Assembly (NCBI GenBank): GCA_900088475.1
Contig: FLMG01001651.1
Coordinates: forward strand, 14,237-78,236
DNA: 64,000 nt
Source: Hyphochytrium catenoides
Lineage: Eukaryota; Protista; Hyphochytriomycota
Reading direction: 5' to 3'
Part shown: positions 50,592 through 63,835 of the stretch, in pieces
Layout of the letters: every line of letters begins with the position of its first letter
Numbering within the stretch: the first letter of the stretch is position 1
The notes under the pieces: model-generated
What the model saw: only the letters and a program-made list of their open reading frames with translations
The model's database searches: none
What the model was told of the DNA's origin: nothing
Translations under genes and position numbers: made by a program

Positions 50592-53500
50592 CTATCGTCG
50601 TCCTTTCGGCTCATCCACCTGCATCTTGTGTTCCTGGACGGAGACACCACAAACGTTTGTGGTGATCTCATGAACGATGTCCTACAAGCAGCATGTGTCA
50701 GGACCCGGCAATGCCCAATAGCATGGGCCAAGAACAAAGTGCAAAGCGTAACAAGGACTAAAGACCAACCTGGTCACTTTCTAAGAACGGAACTCTCCGC
50801 GCCTCAATGCCTGCGAAGTAGGCCAAGAAAACTCTCATAACAGCCTGCATCCGAGAAATAACGTACTACAGTGAGTCCGTGCTCATATTGGCATCAGGTG
50901 GAGTCAACTAGGTGCACAAGAGCATCGATGATGAAGAGGACGGCGCATACTACTGCATGCGGGTAGTATGAAGGGGAATTATAGCCACGAATGGTGCCAA
51001 AGTAAGACTACAGCTTTGAAAGACTGGTCTAGAGACGCGAATGAGGTTAGGAGGACCTTGTGACAGACAACAACGACGGTACTCCGTTGCCTCTCCAGTT
51101 CTACTATAAGTGGCCTTAGCCTCTCTATGACGTCCATATAGGACTCTCCACCAACACCTGGGTATCTACGGACAGTTGACAGCGGGTGAGATGCCATATG
51201 GGGGTCTTGGGAACGAAGGAAGACATAAAAGATGGTTGTGGAAAAAGACTGGCAACCTAGAGCCACAGCAAGAGCCAGCGAGGAGATAGTCTTAACGGAA
51301 AAGGAGCGGCTCTCAACACATAAGCTTAAAGTTCCACTTACATACCTGTAATTGAGTTTATCGTTCTGTCTGGCTTCATATTGCTCCGGGTACAGCTTCT
51401 TGATCTCATCGTAGGTTAGCCCTTCCATATCCCCACCTCCCAGCTCGTTCAGTAAAGGTGTGGTCAAGTGTTCACAGTTAGGGGAGTTATAGTACGAGAG
51501 GCACTCCTGTACACGTTGCGCTGTTCCTGTTTAAGAGAAAGCAAAAGGAGGATTAGCGCAGAAGAAGTAGACACATAGTGTTGCGCGATAGGACTTCATA
51601 GTAAGGGAACCTAATCGGCAGCTACTAGTGAGAAGACCTGAACTGAGGAAGCTAGACACACGGAAAATGAAGTGGCAGACAGAAGCACGAATGGAACAAT
51701 AGCTCAATGCGCACATCGAAAATGCTCTAGTTGATGCCGGACTGAAAATAACAAATAACCACGTTGTTTGGCGGCGGAAGGGCCTTAACAAGCTCGACCC
51801 ACCTCCCCAAACCAATAGCTTCCCTTTATAGGAGGACTCCCTCTGAAGGATGAACTGAGAGATCTGTCTTGCCAATCGGTGGCCCCGGTCTGTAAGGCCC
51901 AGATCTAGTCCCAGTACGTTGAACTTCATATTCTCATTCTCACCCGGGCGAACCAGATATATCCGACGAGGGTGGAGATGAATGTTCTGGAGAGACATGA
52001 GCCAGTAAGTGGGCCGATGAGGAACGTGACAGTAGGAAAAAAGGAAGCAAGATTAAAAGTGGGAATACGCATGGATGGGTTGAGACAGCCAAGTTTGGAA
52101 AACCGTTGTTGAATCTCAAACGACCAGTAGAGCATAGAAAGAACCCGACATACCTGAAGGAAAAACACAACTTGGCTGGCCAAGTAGCCGTCACAACCGC
52201 GTGCAGTCACCTTAGCGCCAACCTATGAAGGCAGTTAGAAATGAATGCACGTGAGGCCAGCTGTACAATGGGAGAGTGGCAGTTCTCAGATAGCTAGCGG
52301 AAACGAGGAAGAGTTCCGCGGGCCGAGAGCTATAACGCTATAAATTGCGCACACTTTTGGCATAGGCAGAACTTACATTGTAAATTTTTATGTAGCGAAC
52401 CTTGCCATCTGCTTCCGTATCCTCTAGAGTTTCGTAAATCTAGTAAAGGATGGCACGCAAGGGCAAAGGTTGTCAGCCACGAGCTAGCCAAAACAGGCAA
52501 GATAGGACAGCCGATCGGACCTTCTCGTAGGCAGCTACCCTTTGCTTGAAGTCCTGAATGGCTTTTTCCTGATCACGTCCTGAATAATCTGCGTTGGCAG
52601 CTTTGCTGCGAGAGACGTTGACTCAGAACGAAGTATTATAGATACTTTCTCTTTCAGACACCTCTTCAACCACCGAGCGTGATGTCAACGGCTGCCAGGT
52701 TCAACTCGGACCTTGATCATTCTTCATTCTCGTCTACTCCTCTTTCGCGCACTCCTTCTGCTAACCACTGTCACACATCTTGCACCTGATACGCCTCCTT
52801 CATCGACACTATGCGTCTCATCCGTGAGGGTCTGAAGTCTCTATTGTTGCTTCCTGCTTTACCTTCTATAGTTTGACTCTAATATGTCTGGGTCATTGCA
52901 GATCGACTCGATAAAAATGACATCCACTGAAGGGACTCCCGCGCACCGCTGAATCACCTTTTCGCTAAAAGAAGTGGTGTGATGGTGTTAGAGATATAGA
53001 GAAAGTACCCCAGGAAGAAAGTCTCCATGTGGATGCTCACGAATCAGTGCTAAGCATTAGAATGAGGAAAAGCTGGGACTCACCGCCTGGCCCGAGTAGT
53101 ATTTGTAGCATCAAAGACAGCCACTTGACCTTCTTCTGCTAACCACTCCAGTAGTTCTATACAGAAGAGAGCAAGGTCAGGAACAATTAGATGAAGCGAT
53201 AAGGAGCAGTAACGTCAGACAAGGTCTAGGCTGAACAGTCAGAATCTTGAAAGCGCTCCTTATAAGATAAGAAGACCTCCTACCATCTAGAGTATCCATT
53301 GCCATTTGTTCCCTAAGCTCCTTACTCTTAACGTTGCTCGGTTCAAAGAACGAAGCATCCTCTCCTGCATGTCCTACTTGCCGCCGTCTCTCCCCAGCGT
53401 TGAAGGTCTTCGACTCCACACTTACCCAATTCAAATAGCGAATGATCTTACGGGTTATAAAGCTCTTGCCCCGCGCTGGAAGCCCTACCATGACTAAGAC

Positions 53501-53716
53501 CAGCTTGTCTTGGACTCCCAGGGCTTTCAGGGTGCCGCTATGCGGAGCATTACGGCTTGTCAAGCTGTCAGAACGCCGTTTCTCATCTTTGACACAATGC
53601 ACCCTTGATATGTGATATGGGCGTGGAGGGCCACTGGAATAAAGCCTCCATGCGATGGCCGTAGCCAGAAAACCGAAAAAGAACTGAGCTACCGCGGCCC
53701 GAACGTCCATTGCCAT
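50592..53716 (-). CDS. 6-phosphofructo-2-kinase/fructose-2,6-bisphosphatase (phosphatase motif RHG changed to RPG)
   Basis: VMVGLPARGKS P-loop, FDATNTTRARR, FIESICNDP, IHLHPRRIYLVRPGE, LNELGGG, YRYPGVGGESYMDVIERL, VVCHKAVMR. Confidence 0.93.
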
Positions 53717-54544
53717 TGATCCTGAACTCTACGTACGTAGCTGTCACTCCAGTATCTTTGTCTCTTTAGGTGGTACGGCTCTGAAGACTTTCGGCCTCTA
53801 CTCTTCAAGCAAGGAACCGAGACACCACAAGCTTAGATGGCCCCTGTCGGGCTTCTATCAGCAAGGTCCTAGAACGCCCTTCCGAGAGGTCACATTTCCA
53901 GATCCGAGGTCTTGAGGCACTTATGCGAGAGATTGACCAACCTTGTGAAGCTTCTGAAGACAGATAGGTCTGCCAAGGTGGAGCTACTTCTGAAGATTTG
54001 GCTTTGCAGATTGATGAAGCTGCAGAAAGTCTCAATAACAATAACTCAGGGACCGAGAATATGACGAGATTAGAGGGCACCTATCTCTTATCTCTGTCTC
54101 CACAAAGCGCAGGTCTGTTTATCACAGAGAGATATTTTTGACAGAGGTCGTCTTCGCTCTGTCTTTGTAAAAGATATCTCCCCCATCACTCTGTTTCCTC
54201 TAGGTTGTCCCTGCCTCTTTATTTTCGCCGTTCGATCACTTTATACATACAATATCGCCAACAATATTTGGATCCCTCGTTCCTAAGGGTGTTATTTTGG
54301 GCCAGCAACCCAAAGTTACAAGAGCATCAGTTTTTCTCTATCCAATAGCGTCGTTCCCTACGGGCATCAGTAGAAAACAGAGGGGGCCAATAGAGATTGA
54401 ACTAAAGGTTAGGCCCTGGAATGATCAGTAGAAAGAGCTGTGCTTCTGGTCGTCATCCTTCCGTTCCATAATTTTCTACTTCAGATTGCTCTAGACATGG
54501 CAGTTGTAGGGGTGAGACGCGGAGATCCGTATGCCACCAGGCTT

Positions 54545-54810
54545 CTTCTGGGGGCCGTGTTCTGGTGCTCAATCCAATCCCACCGCTCTCTTAGGATTTC
54601 CCGGAGGTGTGATCTCGCTATTGTCAGTTCGGATACATATCTTATAGCTTACTCAGTCTGATTCTCCACATACGCTCGGAACTTACGAAATGCAGCGCCA
54701 GCTTGTCCCTTATGCGTGAGAAAAAAAGTAAGCCCGTACGTAGTAGGAGTCGGACTGCAGAGAGGTGAGGACCTCACCGCTATCGGCAAGGAAGATGTCA
54801 AGATGGTGTT
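54545..54810 (-). mobile_element. Ty1/copia integrase relic, copy 2
   Basis: FLTHKGQAGAAFRKFRAYVENQT..IRTDN; nucleotide similarity to the copy at 55140-55505. Confidence 0.75.
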
Positions 54811-54919
54811 AGGGACAGATGACAATATCTCCCCCTGAACAAGGATGTTCTCGATGTACCTGGATTCCACGACGTATACCTCTTCTAAGTGAAGAAGCTG
54901 ATTACAAGAAGGAAGGCAC

Positions 54920-55735
54920 AAGGTGTGGCACCGGCTGCTAGAAGTGGCTCAAGAGTCTACTACTGAGCATCGGCTCTACGGACTCCAAGGGCAAGAAGTC
55001 CGGGTGGCCTAAGGTCCAGGGCAGGAGCAAGGAGGTTGCAGTAACCACAACAGCCAGTAGTGGCTCGGGTGTAACCCTTCAAGAGTGGCACATCCGTCTA
55101 CTAGGCCTTCGGCAGTACGAAGTGGTCAAGAAGCTATTCAAAGACTTGAACATCCTTCTAACATAGAGCGGTGATGAGGTCCAACGCTGCAAGACCTGCC
55201 TTATAAAGAAGCTAATCACGCAGCCGAGATCAAAAGGTCCAGCGGCGGGCTTCGACGAAGACAAGACGCCTACCGGGGAGCGGTACATTCAGAGCTTCAT
55301 CAATTAATAACGCTCTTGATCCTTTTGAGTCTACCTGCTCAAGCATAGCAGAGAGCTGGCGCTGCACTCGTGAGTTCTGAGCCTATGTGGAGAAACAGAC
55401 GGGGAAAGCGATAAGAGTATTCGAACTGACAATGGCGGAGAGCAGACCTCGTCTGAGTTCTAAAGAGCGGTGGGATTGAGCGCCAGAAGACGGCACCCAG
55501 CAGGATCCCCAAGGAAATGGTGTGGCTGAGCCCTTCAATTGGACGATACTGGGAAATGCCCGCTGCACGCTAAGGCAAGCAGGGCTAGCAGACACGTATT
55601 GGAGTGACGCAGTGCGAACAGCTGTCTACTTACCAGCTCAGCAACACTACTAGTTGCTGGCATGGCAGAGCGAGCCCCTACTACAACCTACGAACAACTC
55701 TGGAAGGCACGGAACAAAGAAGCCACGTTAGCACT
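54920..55735 (+). mobile_element. Ty1/copia GAG-pre-integrase plus integrase relic, copy 1
   Basis: LQEWHIRL, CKTCLIKK, VYLLKH, YVEKQTGKAI, IRTDNGGE, GIERQKTAP, QGNGVAEPFNWTILGNARCTLRQAGLADTYWSDAVRTAVYL, with stops and frameshifts. Confidence 0.9.
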
Positions 55736-56482
55736 TCCTAGTCCCTTTGGCTGTGCAACATACGCCTAATAACCCTGACCATAGCTGTTGTCGCCCTGGC
55801 TGCACAATTTCTACATGGTCATCGCCTCTTCTCCTCGTTTGGATGCTTGCCGCAGCCGATGACCGCAGCCGATTGTCATCGGCGAAAGAAGAGAGGTTTA
55901 CGCTTGAAACAGTAGTAGAGAGTGGAGGAAAGAGATCGAAACGACACACCATCCAGAAGGAAACTTACCTGTTATTGAAGGAATTGAAAAGAAATGTTTC
56001 CCTCAAATAAAAGCATAACGCAACAGAAATTTAACAAGGAGATTTATAGTTTCTTTGTTTCGATCGGAATCCCTCACACTCTTCCCGCACCAACCAAAGT
56101 CATACAGTGTACGGGAAGGCAGAGGCACGGCAAGACTATCAGGGATAGGTCCACATTATCTTTCCATAACAACTATGACTTGTATTCTGATAGCTACAGT
56201 AATAACTGGAGTTTGTGCCATTCTGGCTCGAACATGGCCCATCTCCAAAGTTGCGTTATCCGTAATCTGACTACCCTCGCGCAAGGAGCGGCGATGTCGG
56301 TGGTGGTGCGGAGTCTTCAGTCTTCAGAGCAATGTTTCTGCCATCCTCGTCCATGAGGCAGCCGCAGACATCTTCCAAGGCAAGTTTAGCTGGCGTGAAG
56401 GGACAATCGAGCACACAGAGGCTGCTGAGCGCCTCCTTGCCACAGTTGACATCACATAGCGAAAAGACATAAGCTGGACAAG

Positions 56483-57987
56483 ATGGGAGCTGCAGAGAAT
56501 TCAAAGACGAAGGGTGACAAGAAGGTGATCAAGGGCTCTGACATCGCACCAGAAGCGTTTCAGGCCCCTGCTCCTGAAAAGCAGGATGACCTGAACTATG
56601 ATCTTGGGAACCTAGCGGCATTCGACGAGCATCCTGTGGATCTCTCCAGGCTTGGTTCAAATCCTAAGCAATATTTGCTTGAGACGGCCACTGAGAATGC
56701 GCAACTCCTGATCAACAAAATATTCGCCCTTCCCGTAGAAAAGACTGATGTTGGCCCCATTGTAAGTTAGAGAACATCTCCTTGTCTCAGGCTTACTCTA
56801 ACAGCGTCGTATATATCAGGCCACCCTGCCCCCTGACACCACGCCTATTCCTAGGGCTAGGCCACTACCGAAGCCAAAGGTTGAGACGCGATGGGAAAAG
56901 TTTGCTCGTGAGAAGGGCATCAAGAAACGCAAGAAGAGTCGCATGGTCTACGATGAACAGGCGGGAGAATACAAAGCGGCGTGGGGCTACAAGGTACTTT
57001 TTGAGTTTCAAGCTCCCTAAAAGCATCCTCCACATTAGCTCCAGACGCTTCTTAGATCTTACGTCTTCTGGGGCTATTTTTTGACATTTATTACTAGGCT
57101 TGTGGGCACGATATTGGACTGCGTCCTAGCCCTTCTGACCCTGGCGCACCTATGTCAAGGACTGATGTGATCTCTTCCTCCTTTGCTTTCCTCTTGGGTT
57201 TTACGGGCATGGAAACTTATGTCATGCTTCTCTTTCGACTACGCTTACCGCCTTCACTCCATTACTTCTTAACAGAGGGCCAATGATGACTCTCAAGACT
57301 GGGCAATGGAAGTCAAGCAGGGGTCAGATCCTAATGCTGACCCATGGACAGAGCGAAAGCAGGCGAAGGCGGGAAGAGTTGCAAAGAATCTTAGGCAAAG
57401 GGCAAATAATCTTGCACAAGGGAGAGGGCGTCCTGGCACTCTCCCTACTGGAATCCCACTTGACCTTGTTCAAGAGGGTGGTAAGAGAGGCAAGTCCGGA
57501 ACGAAGAGAACCCTTGAAGCCGTCCAAACATCTACTGCTTCAATGGGGAAGTTTGATGAGCACAGACCTGGAGAAGGCGAAAGAAAGAAACGCGGAAAGC
57601 GAAGAAAGTTCGAGGCTGTCGTCGGGCATGAGGACAAGGAGAAAGCGCGGTACGACACTGTCATGAATCAGATCCTCTCGAAGGATAGCAGGAAGAGCTC
57701 CAATGAGGTGAATGTTCACGCTCCAGATGCTGAATCAAAGAAAAGGAAAAAGGTAGGAACCTGTTCTCTGTCTGGTGTTCAAATATCGTTTTGTTTAAGA
57801 TGGTCCCACGCGGATTTTATCACCATTGCTATCACTGTTCCTCAACTCGCCCACACGTCGTTTGTTACTAGCGCAATGTTCTTTTGCCGAAGCTAACTTG
57901 GTACTGATTACTTCACAGGGTAAGGGATCGGGTCGTGGAGTGGCAAAGAAAGTATCCAGAAGCGCCAAGAAGGGCGCAAAAAAGTGA
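56483..57987 (+). CDS. RRS1: Ribosome biogenesis regulatory protein RRS1
   Basis: YDLGNLAAFD, NAQLLINKIFALP, PRARPLPKPKVETRWEKFAREKGIKKRKK, WGYKRAND, QTSTASMGKFD. Confidence 0.96.
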
Positions 57988-58174
57988 AAGCAAAAGTCTC
58001 CTAGCTAGATCTCATTTATCTCTTCTCTTTTCCTCTTTCTAAAAGTCTCTCTCCTCTGTAACATAAACCCAGTCAATTATATACTGGTTTGAGAACACTG
58101 CCCGGCAGCTGTGGTCAAAATTTGAGGCGGCGAGTGACAAGAGAGCCATGCCCAACTCGAGCCTGACAAAGCCT

Positions 58175-59884
58175 CTAAAGCAGCGCTCGTCCCATCATTC
58201 CAGAGAGAATGGTAATAATGAAGGTGGAGACGAGGTTCACCTTTGTCCAGAGAGAGCGGATGGTGAGTTGGACAACCTCAGCAGTGGTGGAGGAGGAAGT
58301 TTAGACGTGGGGTAAGGAAAAAGGAAAGGCTCGGAGTAGAAGCTAAAGTGCCAAGCAGAAAAGAACAGGATTGAGGACGCAGGAGAAAGGCTGCTACCTG
58401 TTCGTTAGTGAGGAGGTCTGCCCCTGATATAAGAATCAGCTGCCGGTTTTTCCTCAGTTCCGCTTCTGTGGGCTTAGACACAACGATCTTCCTATTCTTG
58501 TCGTAAAAAGTGGCCTGAGCGATGTTGGAAGTCAGACACGGGTCAATTTGCAGCCACTTAGGACTGCACACTGTGTACCTAGAAAAGTCAATTGCTCTAT
58601 GGTCTTGGGGCCTTAAACGGCAGCGACGGCTTTGCTCCATTCTCCCAAAACTACCTCTCCCTTGCCATCCTAAACTCTGTGTAGCTTGCTCTCTCGCATC
58701 AACTATACCTGGAATACTGATCCGATAAAGGAGTCCAGACAAGAGCCCCAGAAGCCTGCCATCATTCCCAACAGGATCAAGTTTGGTTGTAGAGTTGTCG
58801 CCGCGCTTCCCTTATTCGTCTCGTCGCTGACGAAGAGGCCCATAAAGAAGAAGACAAGACCGATTAAGGTGCCTCCAGCAGTGGCGGCAACGGTACCCGC
58901 TAGCGTCACTCCTCCATTTGTCCCTCGGGGGACTCTCCTTTTTCTCCCTAAGGGTAAGGACGTGATGAGGTAGGGATCCTCCTCAGAGAGAACGCCTAGC
59001 TCCGAGGCCCAAGTATCTCCACTGCAGCAGGCATAATGGCCTAGATATGCGCAAGCGAGGAAGCTTTGAAATGGGCGTACGGAGAAGTCTATAGGTCTCT
59101 CGTCCCCGATATATAGCTGTATCAAGGCAATGAAGGTAGCTATCACGCTGCAACATAGCACCTGCAATGAGACAACATGTAACTCAATAGTCTGGCCATA
59201 GCCAAATGACAGGATGAATAAAATGCTTCAGGGGAAGACACTATTAGGTTAAAAAGGCACAGCCCTTGTTATTGAACTTGACCAACATAAGACGTGAGGC
59301 ATAGTGCTTCAGACTCGAGAGATGAACGCAAACGGAAGAAAGAGAGGAGAGCCAGCCAAGCAGTAGGCACAGAAAGCAAGACGAGTGATAAGGCGAGGGA
59401 GACGCAGCAATGGAGAGAGCCTGCAAAACCTACTGTCCAACCACTGCTTTATTAGACCTCACCAACGCCGCAAACTCGTCTATACTGACCTGCGAAAGCC
59501 CTCTTTCCGTTCCGGACGCATACTCGTCGGTTATCCTTGTCTTCTTTTCCAGGTCAACTTTAGTCAGCTTGGTCCCAGCATAATAGAACGCGATAAGCGT
59601 GACGCCTGAGAGAGAAGAAGCCTTAGGACGAAGCACTATTATCTTTGGCCTTTAGCGGTTATGACAAGATTGCTCTCATACACCATTGGTAAGGATGTCG
59701 AGAAGGCTGTTGGTTAGAAGGGTCACAAGTCCTTACCATATCGCATAGAAGCAGAGAAAGCAATGAGCCCCGTCAAGAACGCAGCGATGGCTCCGCGACC
59801 ATCCAAGCTCTGTTTGTTGAAGCCTCTGGCTGCTAACACCGCCGCAAGAACGATGGCAATCGGAACTCTGGCTGACAAAGACAT
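58175..59884 (-). CDS. TMEM19: TMEM19 / DUF92 integral membrane protein
   Basis: SLDGRGAIAAF, GTKLTK, YACCSGDTWASELG, VPRGTNGGVT.AG, GSCLDSFIGSVFQATF, GADLLTNEQVNLVST. Confidence 0.93.
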
Positions 59885-60618
59885 TTTCTTCCGCCTTCCT
59901 CTTTGTTGCTGTTCCAACAGCCCTTGAGCTGAAGATAACTTTTCGGAGCCAAAGAGCTCTAGAGTTGGCAGCCCTCACTGCGGCTCGGCAGATGGCTAGT
60001 GCACTCGCAATGCCCATGTAACCTGCAGGCTCAGCAGCTTTCCAGCTCTCGTGCAGTGGGACATCGTTCCACCTGCTTCTGAAGTGGTGTTTGCAGTCTG
60101 CAGATGGGTCTTCAGCTGGGTCTTCACCACATACCCGAATCATATCCTGTTATATTCGGTAAGTCTGATAATGAATAGATGGGCCAATACCTCAGAGCGT
60201 CTGGAATAAGGCACCTACGGATTCCTGACGTCGTCGTCTTCACGGTTTGGGGCGTGATGTAAAGGAGTAAAGGTGATTAGGACGGATCTTCTGCTTCATA
60301 ACAACTGCTTCAGACAGCATGCAGATGCCAGAGCAGATCTTCAGACATGAAAGCTCTTCGTTTGCCACCGTCTTCTTTGAAGAAAAGTTGGCGGCATACG
60401 AGGTTGTGGAAGACTCTCAAGCAACGATCTTGACCTCGTAGGAGCTTCACAGGCGTTGGTTCTAAAGTTATCTTTGAGCAGCACGCGCTGTCCTGGTCGC
60501 GGGGTTGATAAGCTTTTGGGAGGGCTCCTTCTCTTGTCTCTCTCGTTGTTAGAGGATCGTGGCCGGCAGCTTTCTACCGTCTTGGCTAGTCTAGAGAGCT
60601 TCAAGCTTGAACATAAAG

Positions 60619-61423
60619 ATGTCCATGTATCTCAGGGTCAAAAGGAAGAATCAGACCGTCTTCTTGCACTGCGAGCCTACTGACACTTTTGCGGCTTTAA
60701 AGGAAAAGCTAAAGTCTGTCGTAGATAGAAGTGCCACCGATATCAAGCTACTCCACACCGATAAGGTCACAGCCGCTTCTGCCTATCTGCGTACATTTCC
60801 AGTAACCCTACCTGGTTTACACCTAGCTACGGCCTCTTCTGCCACAATCAGGCCCGCAGCTCTGCATCTCTATCCTCTCCTTCTCTCGAAGACACCAACA
60901 GTTCCTTTCCACCGCCAAACTGGTACTACTTCATACTTACCAAATCGCGTTTCCCCTGTATGTATGCAGACGCGAGAGCTTCAAGATCCCGCTTCAGTTC
61001 AGGATTTTGAATTGGAAACTGACGCCATCATCTTCATGGTGCTTCGTCTAGATGGTAAGCTATTGCCCCTTCGGAAGAGACACTCGCGTGCACCGCGAAC
61101 ACAAGGGGGAAGTGATGAGCAGGCAAAGGAGTGATTATGAGTAAAGAAAGCTATGCGTTTGGACGCGGGGATGAGTGCAGACGGAGAGCGATAAAACAAA
61201 AAGAAGGGAAGGGTCAAACATGCGCAAAGTTCAGCGAGGCAACGTGGAACGGTGATTGAGTGACGAATGGGGTCAAAGATATGTCTATGCGAGGAGAAAG
61301 ACGGCGGCAACGGACATTGAAATCTGTCACTATAGACGAATTGACCTGTATCCCATAGGTACGGACAAGTTTGAAGAGATCGAAATATCTGAGTCCTCCA
61401 ACAAGGAAGAACCAAGCCATTGA
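60619..61423 (+). CDS. ELOB: Elongin B-like ubiquitin-fold protein
   Basis: MSMYLRVKRKNQTVFLHCEPTDT...IFMVLRLDGTDKFEEIEI; three exons. Confidence 0.8.
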
Positions 61424-61711
61424 ACGGACCATGGCCGACATCATACCAGCTTCCAAGATCCTTCCTCGTTGACGCGCTGAAGCAAACTAGCTTCTTTCAT
61501 TCAGGGAAGCCCGAGGAAACTCCTAGTGCGGAACCAGCATTCCGTCATATATGCTCTCCTCTTTCCCCTCTGCCTCGCTACCAGCCCGAAACTGAACTCA
61601 TAAGCGACCCCACTTGCCGAATGCTGGCTAGGACTTTTCGATATATTATATAATCAACTTCTAGCCTTGTTTCCATTCTGAAGTGTGTAATACTGACAGA
61701 CTCTTCGTCTT

Positions 61712-63518
61712 CTATTTTGGCGCCGCCAACATGCTCTCAAGCGAAGTCTTCAGCTGTTCGTTGGTCTTCTTCAGAAAGTCTACCTCGTCCTGATGCTTTT
61801 TCTCGTCCTGCTCTCTTCGTGAGGCTTCTCTCTGAAGAATTCCTCCATGTCGCGATTGAAGCTCTTCAGATTGGCGCTCCAGATCAGAAATCTCAGCTTC
61901 CAGTTGCGTGATCTGTAGAGACATTAGAGAGAGATGTGCCATCGTGAAACCAAGCACTCAAAGAAAGCAAGGTGGACGACCGCGAAAGGGGGCGGTGCCC
62001 AGGTAAGATAGGGAGTACTAGTGCTAGCTAGGCGCAGCCCATAAGCATCAGTCGCAGAGGAAGGACAGCGAGGCGGGAGAAGGAAGGCTAGTTGGGAGCT
62101 CGGACCTTAGACTGCATCTCGGCCTTCTTCTGCTCAGTGAGAATGGCCTTCCTCATGCCAAAAGCGATGCTGCTCTCATAGAGCGTCTGATACGCACTTA
62201 TGGCCATGCGTATTTCATCCCTGACCCGGAGTACCAGCAGGCCGCGTTCCGCGCACTCAATCGTGATGTGACGGATCAGCTCGTCTAGTAGTAGTCAAAA
62301 AGGGAGGAGAAGATAGATTTAAGGCTGAGATCAATGAGGAGGCTAGGAACCTGTTTTCAAAACAGGGCAAACGAAGACGAGAGAGCAGATGGTGCCTTGC
62401 CACAAGACAGCGAGAAGCAAGCGGTAGAAAGGGTACGATGTCGGCACAGTGAGAGATTGGAGAACCAACGAGTAGTAGAGAAGAATCCCACAGAGCCGCA
62501 ATATCGGCTGAATTATGTTTTCTTCACTTCATGGGGGACTAAGTGTCCACGATGAGTGATGGCACGAAGCCGTCGGTCGAGCAATATCAAAAAAAGACAC
62601 TAAATGTGGGAAGAGGTCCTTGGTGCGGGACGGCCCCTGAGAGTGCGATGGAATCTCTATGGACAAGAACAGAGATAAGAAGCTAACGTGAACTACGTGG
62701 CATTTGCATACCAAAACACTGAGTGTACAGCTCCTCTCGGATTGGACAGATGCCTGTCTCTCTCGCCTGTCTCTGTTGAAGTTTCAGATCCAGTTGCTCC
62801 TGGATGAACATAGTGAGACAAAGAACCGTTAACCGAGAGAATTAGGGGTCATGATAGGCCGGCCAAGAGGCTGCAAACCTTGTGGACTGTAGAGACGAGA
62901 CAAGGACCAGCTCGAGCTCACCTGCAACGTGATGACATCAAGGCGCGTAGCCGGTGTGCTAGAGACATATTGTACCCATAGCTGGCCGTCCTCTGTCCAT
63001 TCCCTGGCCAAAAATGTGAGTATGTAACCGAGCAAGTTGGAGAGACCGCATGTGCCGGAAGGCAACAGATGGAGGAGGATGGAGTCAAAGCCATGTGCAG
63101 GGCCTTTGGAACTAGGCACAGTGGGAGCCTGAGACAAGCAGCAAGAGAAGGACAGACAGACAGAAAGAAAGAAAGAAAAGGAGGTGGGAGAAACCTCGCC
63201 TGCTCACGAGCGGCTTTTTGAAAATAGCTACAAGTTAAAGGTCTTGAGACGATGTCGATGACATGAGGAGAAGGCTAATCCTGCAAGTGCTTGCGTCCAC
63301 ACATCCACCGCCTTCCTTTTCAGTTCAGTGCAATCTTTGCACCACTTTTTTTCCCTCCTTTGTCCTTACCTTGGCGGCAGTATCGAGTTGAGGATGTCCT
63401 CTGTCTGGGAATGCTCCTTGTCAAGCCCTGCCTTCTTCTTCTTCACCTGCTTCTCGCTCGTTGTGCTGACAAGCTTAGGGTGGTCATATTTGACCAGAGA
63501 AGCGCTAGGGGGAATCAT
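61712..63518 (-). CDS. DNALI1: Axonemal inner-arm dynein light intermediate chain p28
   Basis: MIPPSASLVKYDHP, EDILNSILPPREWTEDGQLWVQYVSSTPATRLDV, QARETGICPIREELYTQCFDELIR, AYQTLYESSIAFGMRKA. Confidence 0.97.
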
Positions 63519-63835
63519 TTCTGCTGCGCTCTTCTCCCCTTCTACTGTGCTACTTAAACCTCACTGTACCCAGCAGTCCTCTAGGTCCGACTCCTGCTTT
63601 CTCTTTGCTCTTCAGGAGGTCTAAGCTTTCTTTATAGACATAGATGGTGTAAGCAGCCGCTGTCTCAGGTAGATGACTACGGTTTTGGTCAAGTTCAAGA
63701 GTATCACTGGTAAGGAGCTCTGTTTGTGGGCTTCAGCGGCTAAACTCACTAGGAGAGGTCCTTGAACAAGCTGATCATCGATCAATTTTGCGCTTCCTCG
63801 TCTTCGTCAGTGCACTTCGAGGTCCGAAGTCTGAC

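Noticed and set aside
20537-63615. CTGAAGA/TCTTCAG as a promoter motif upstream of several starts
   Set aside because: The 7-mer is also common in exons and introns throughout the window; enrichment cannot be shown by eye.
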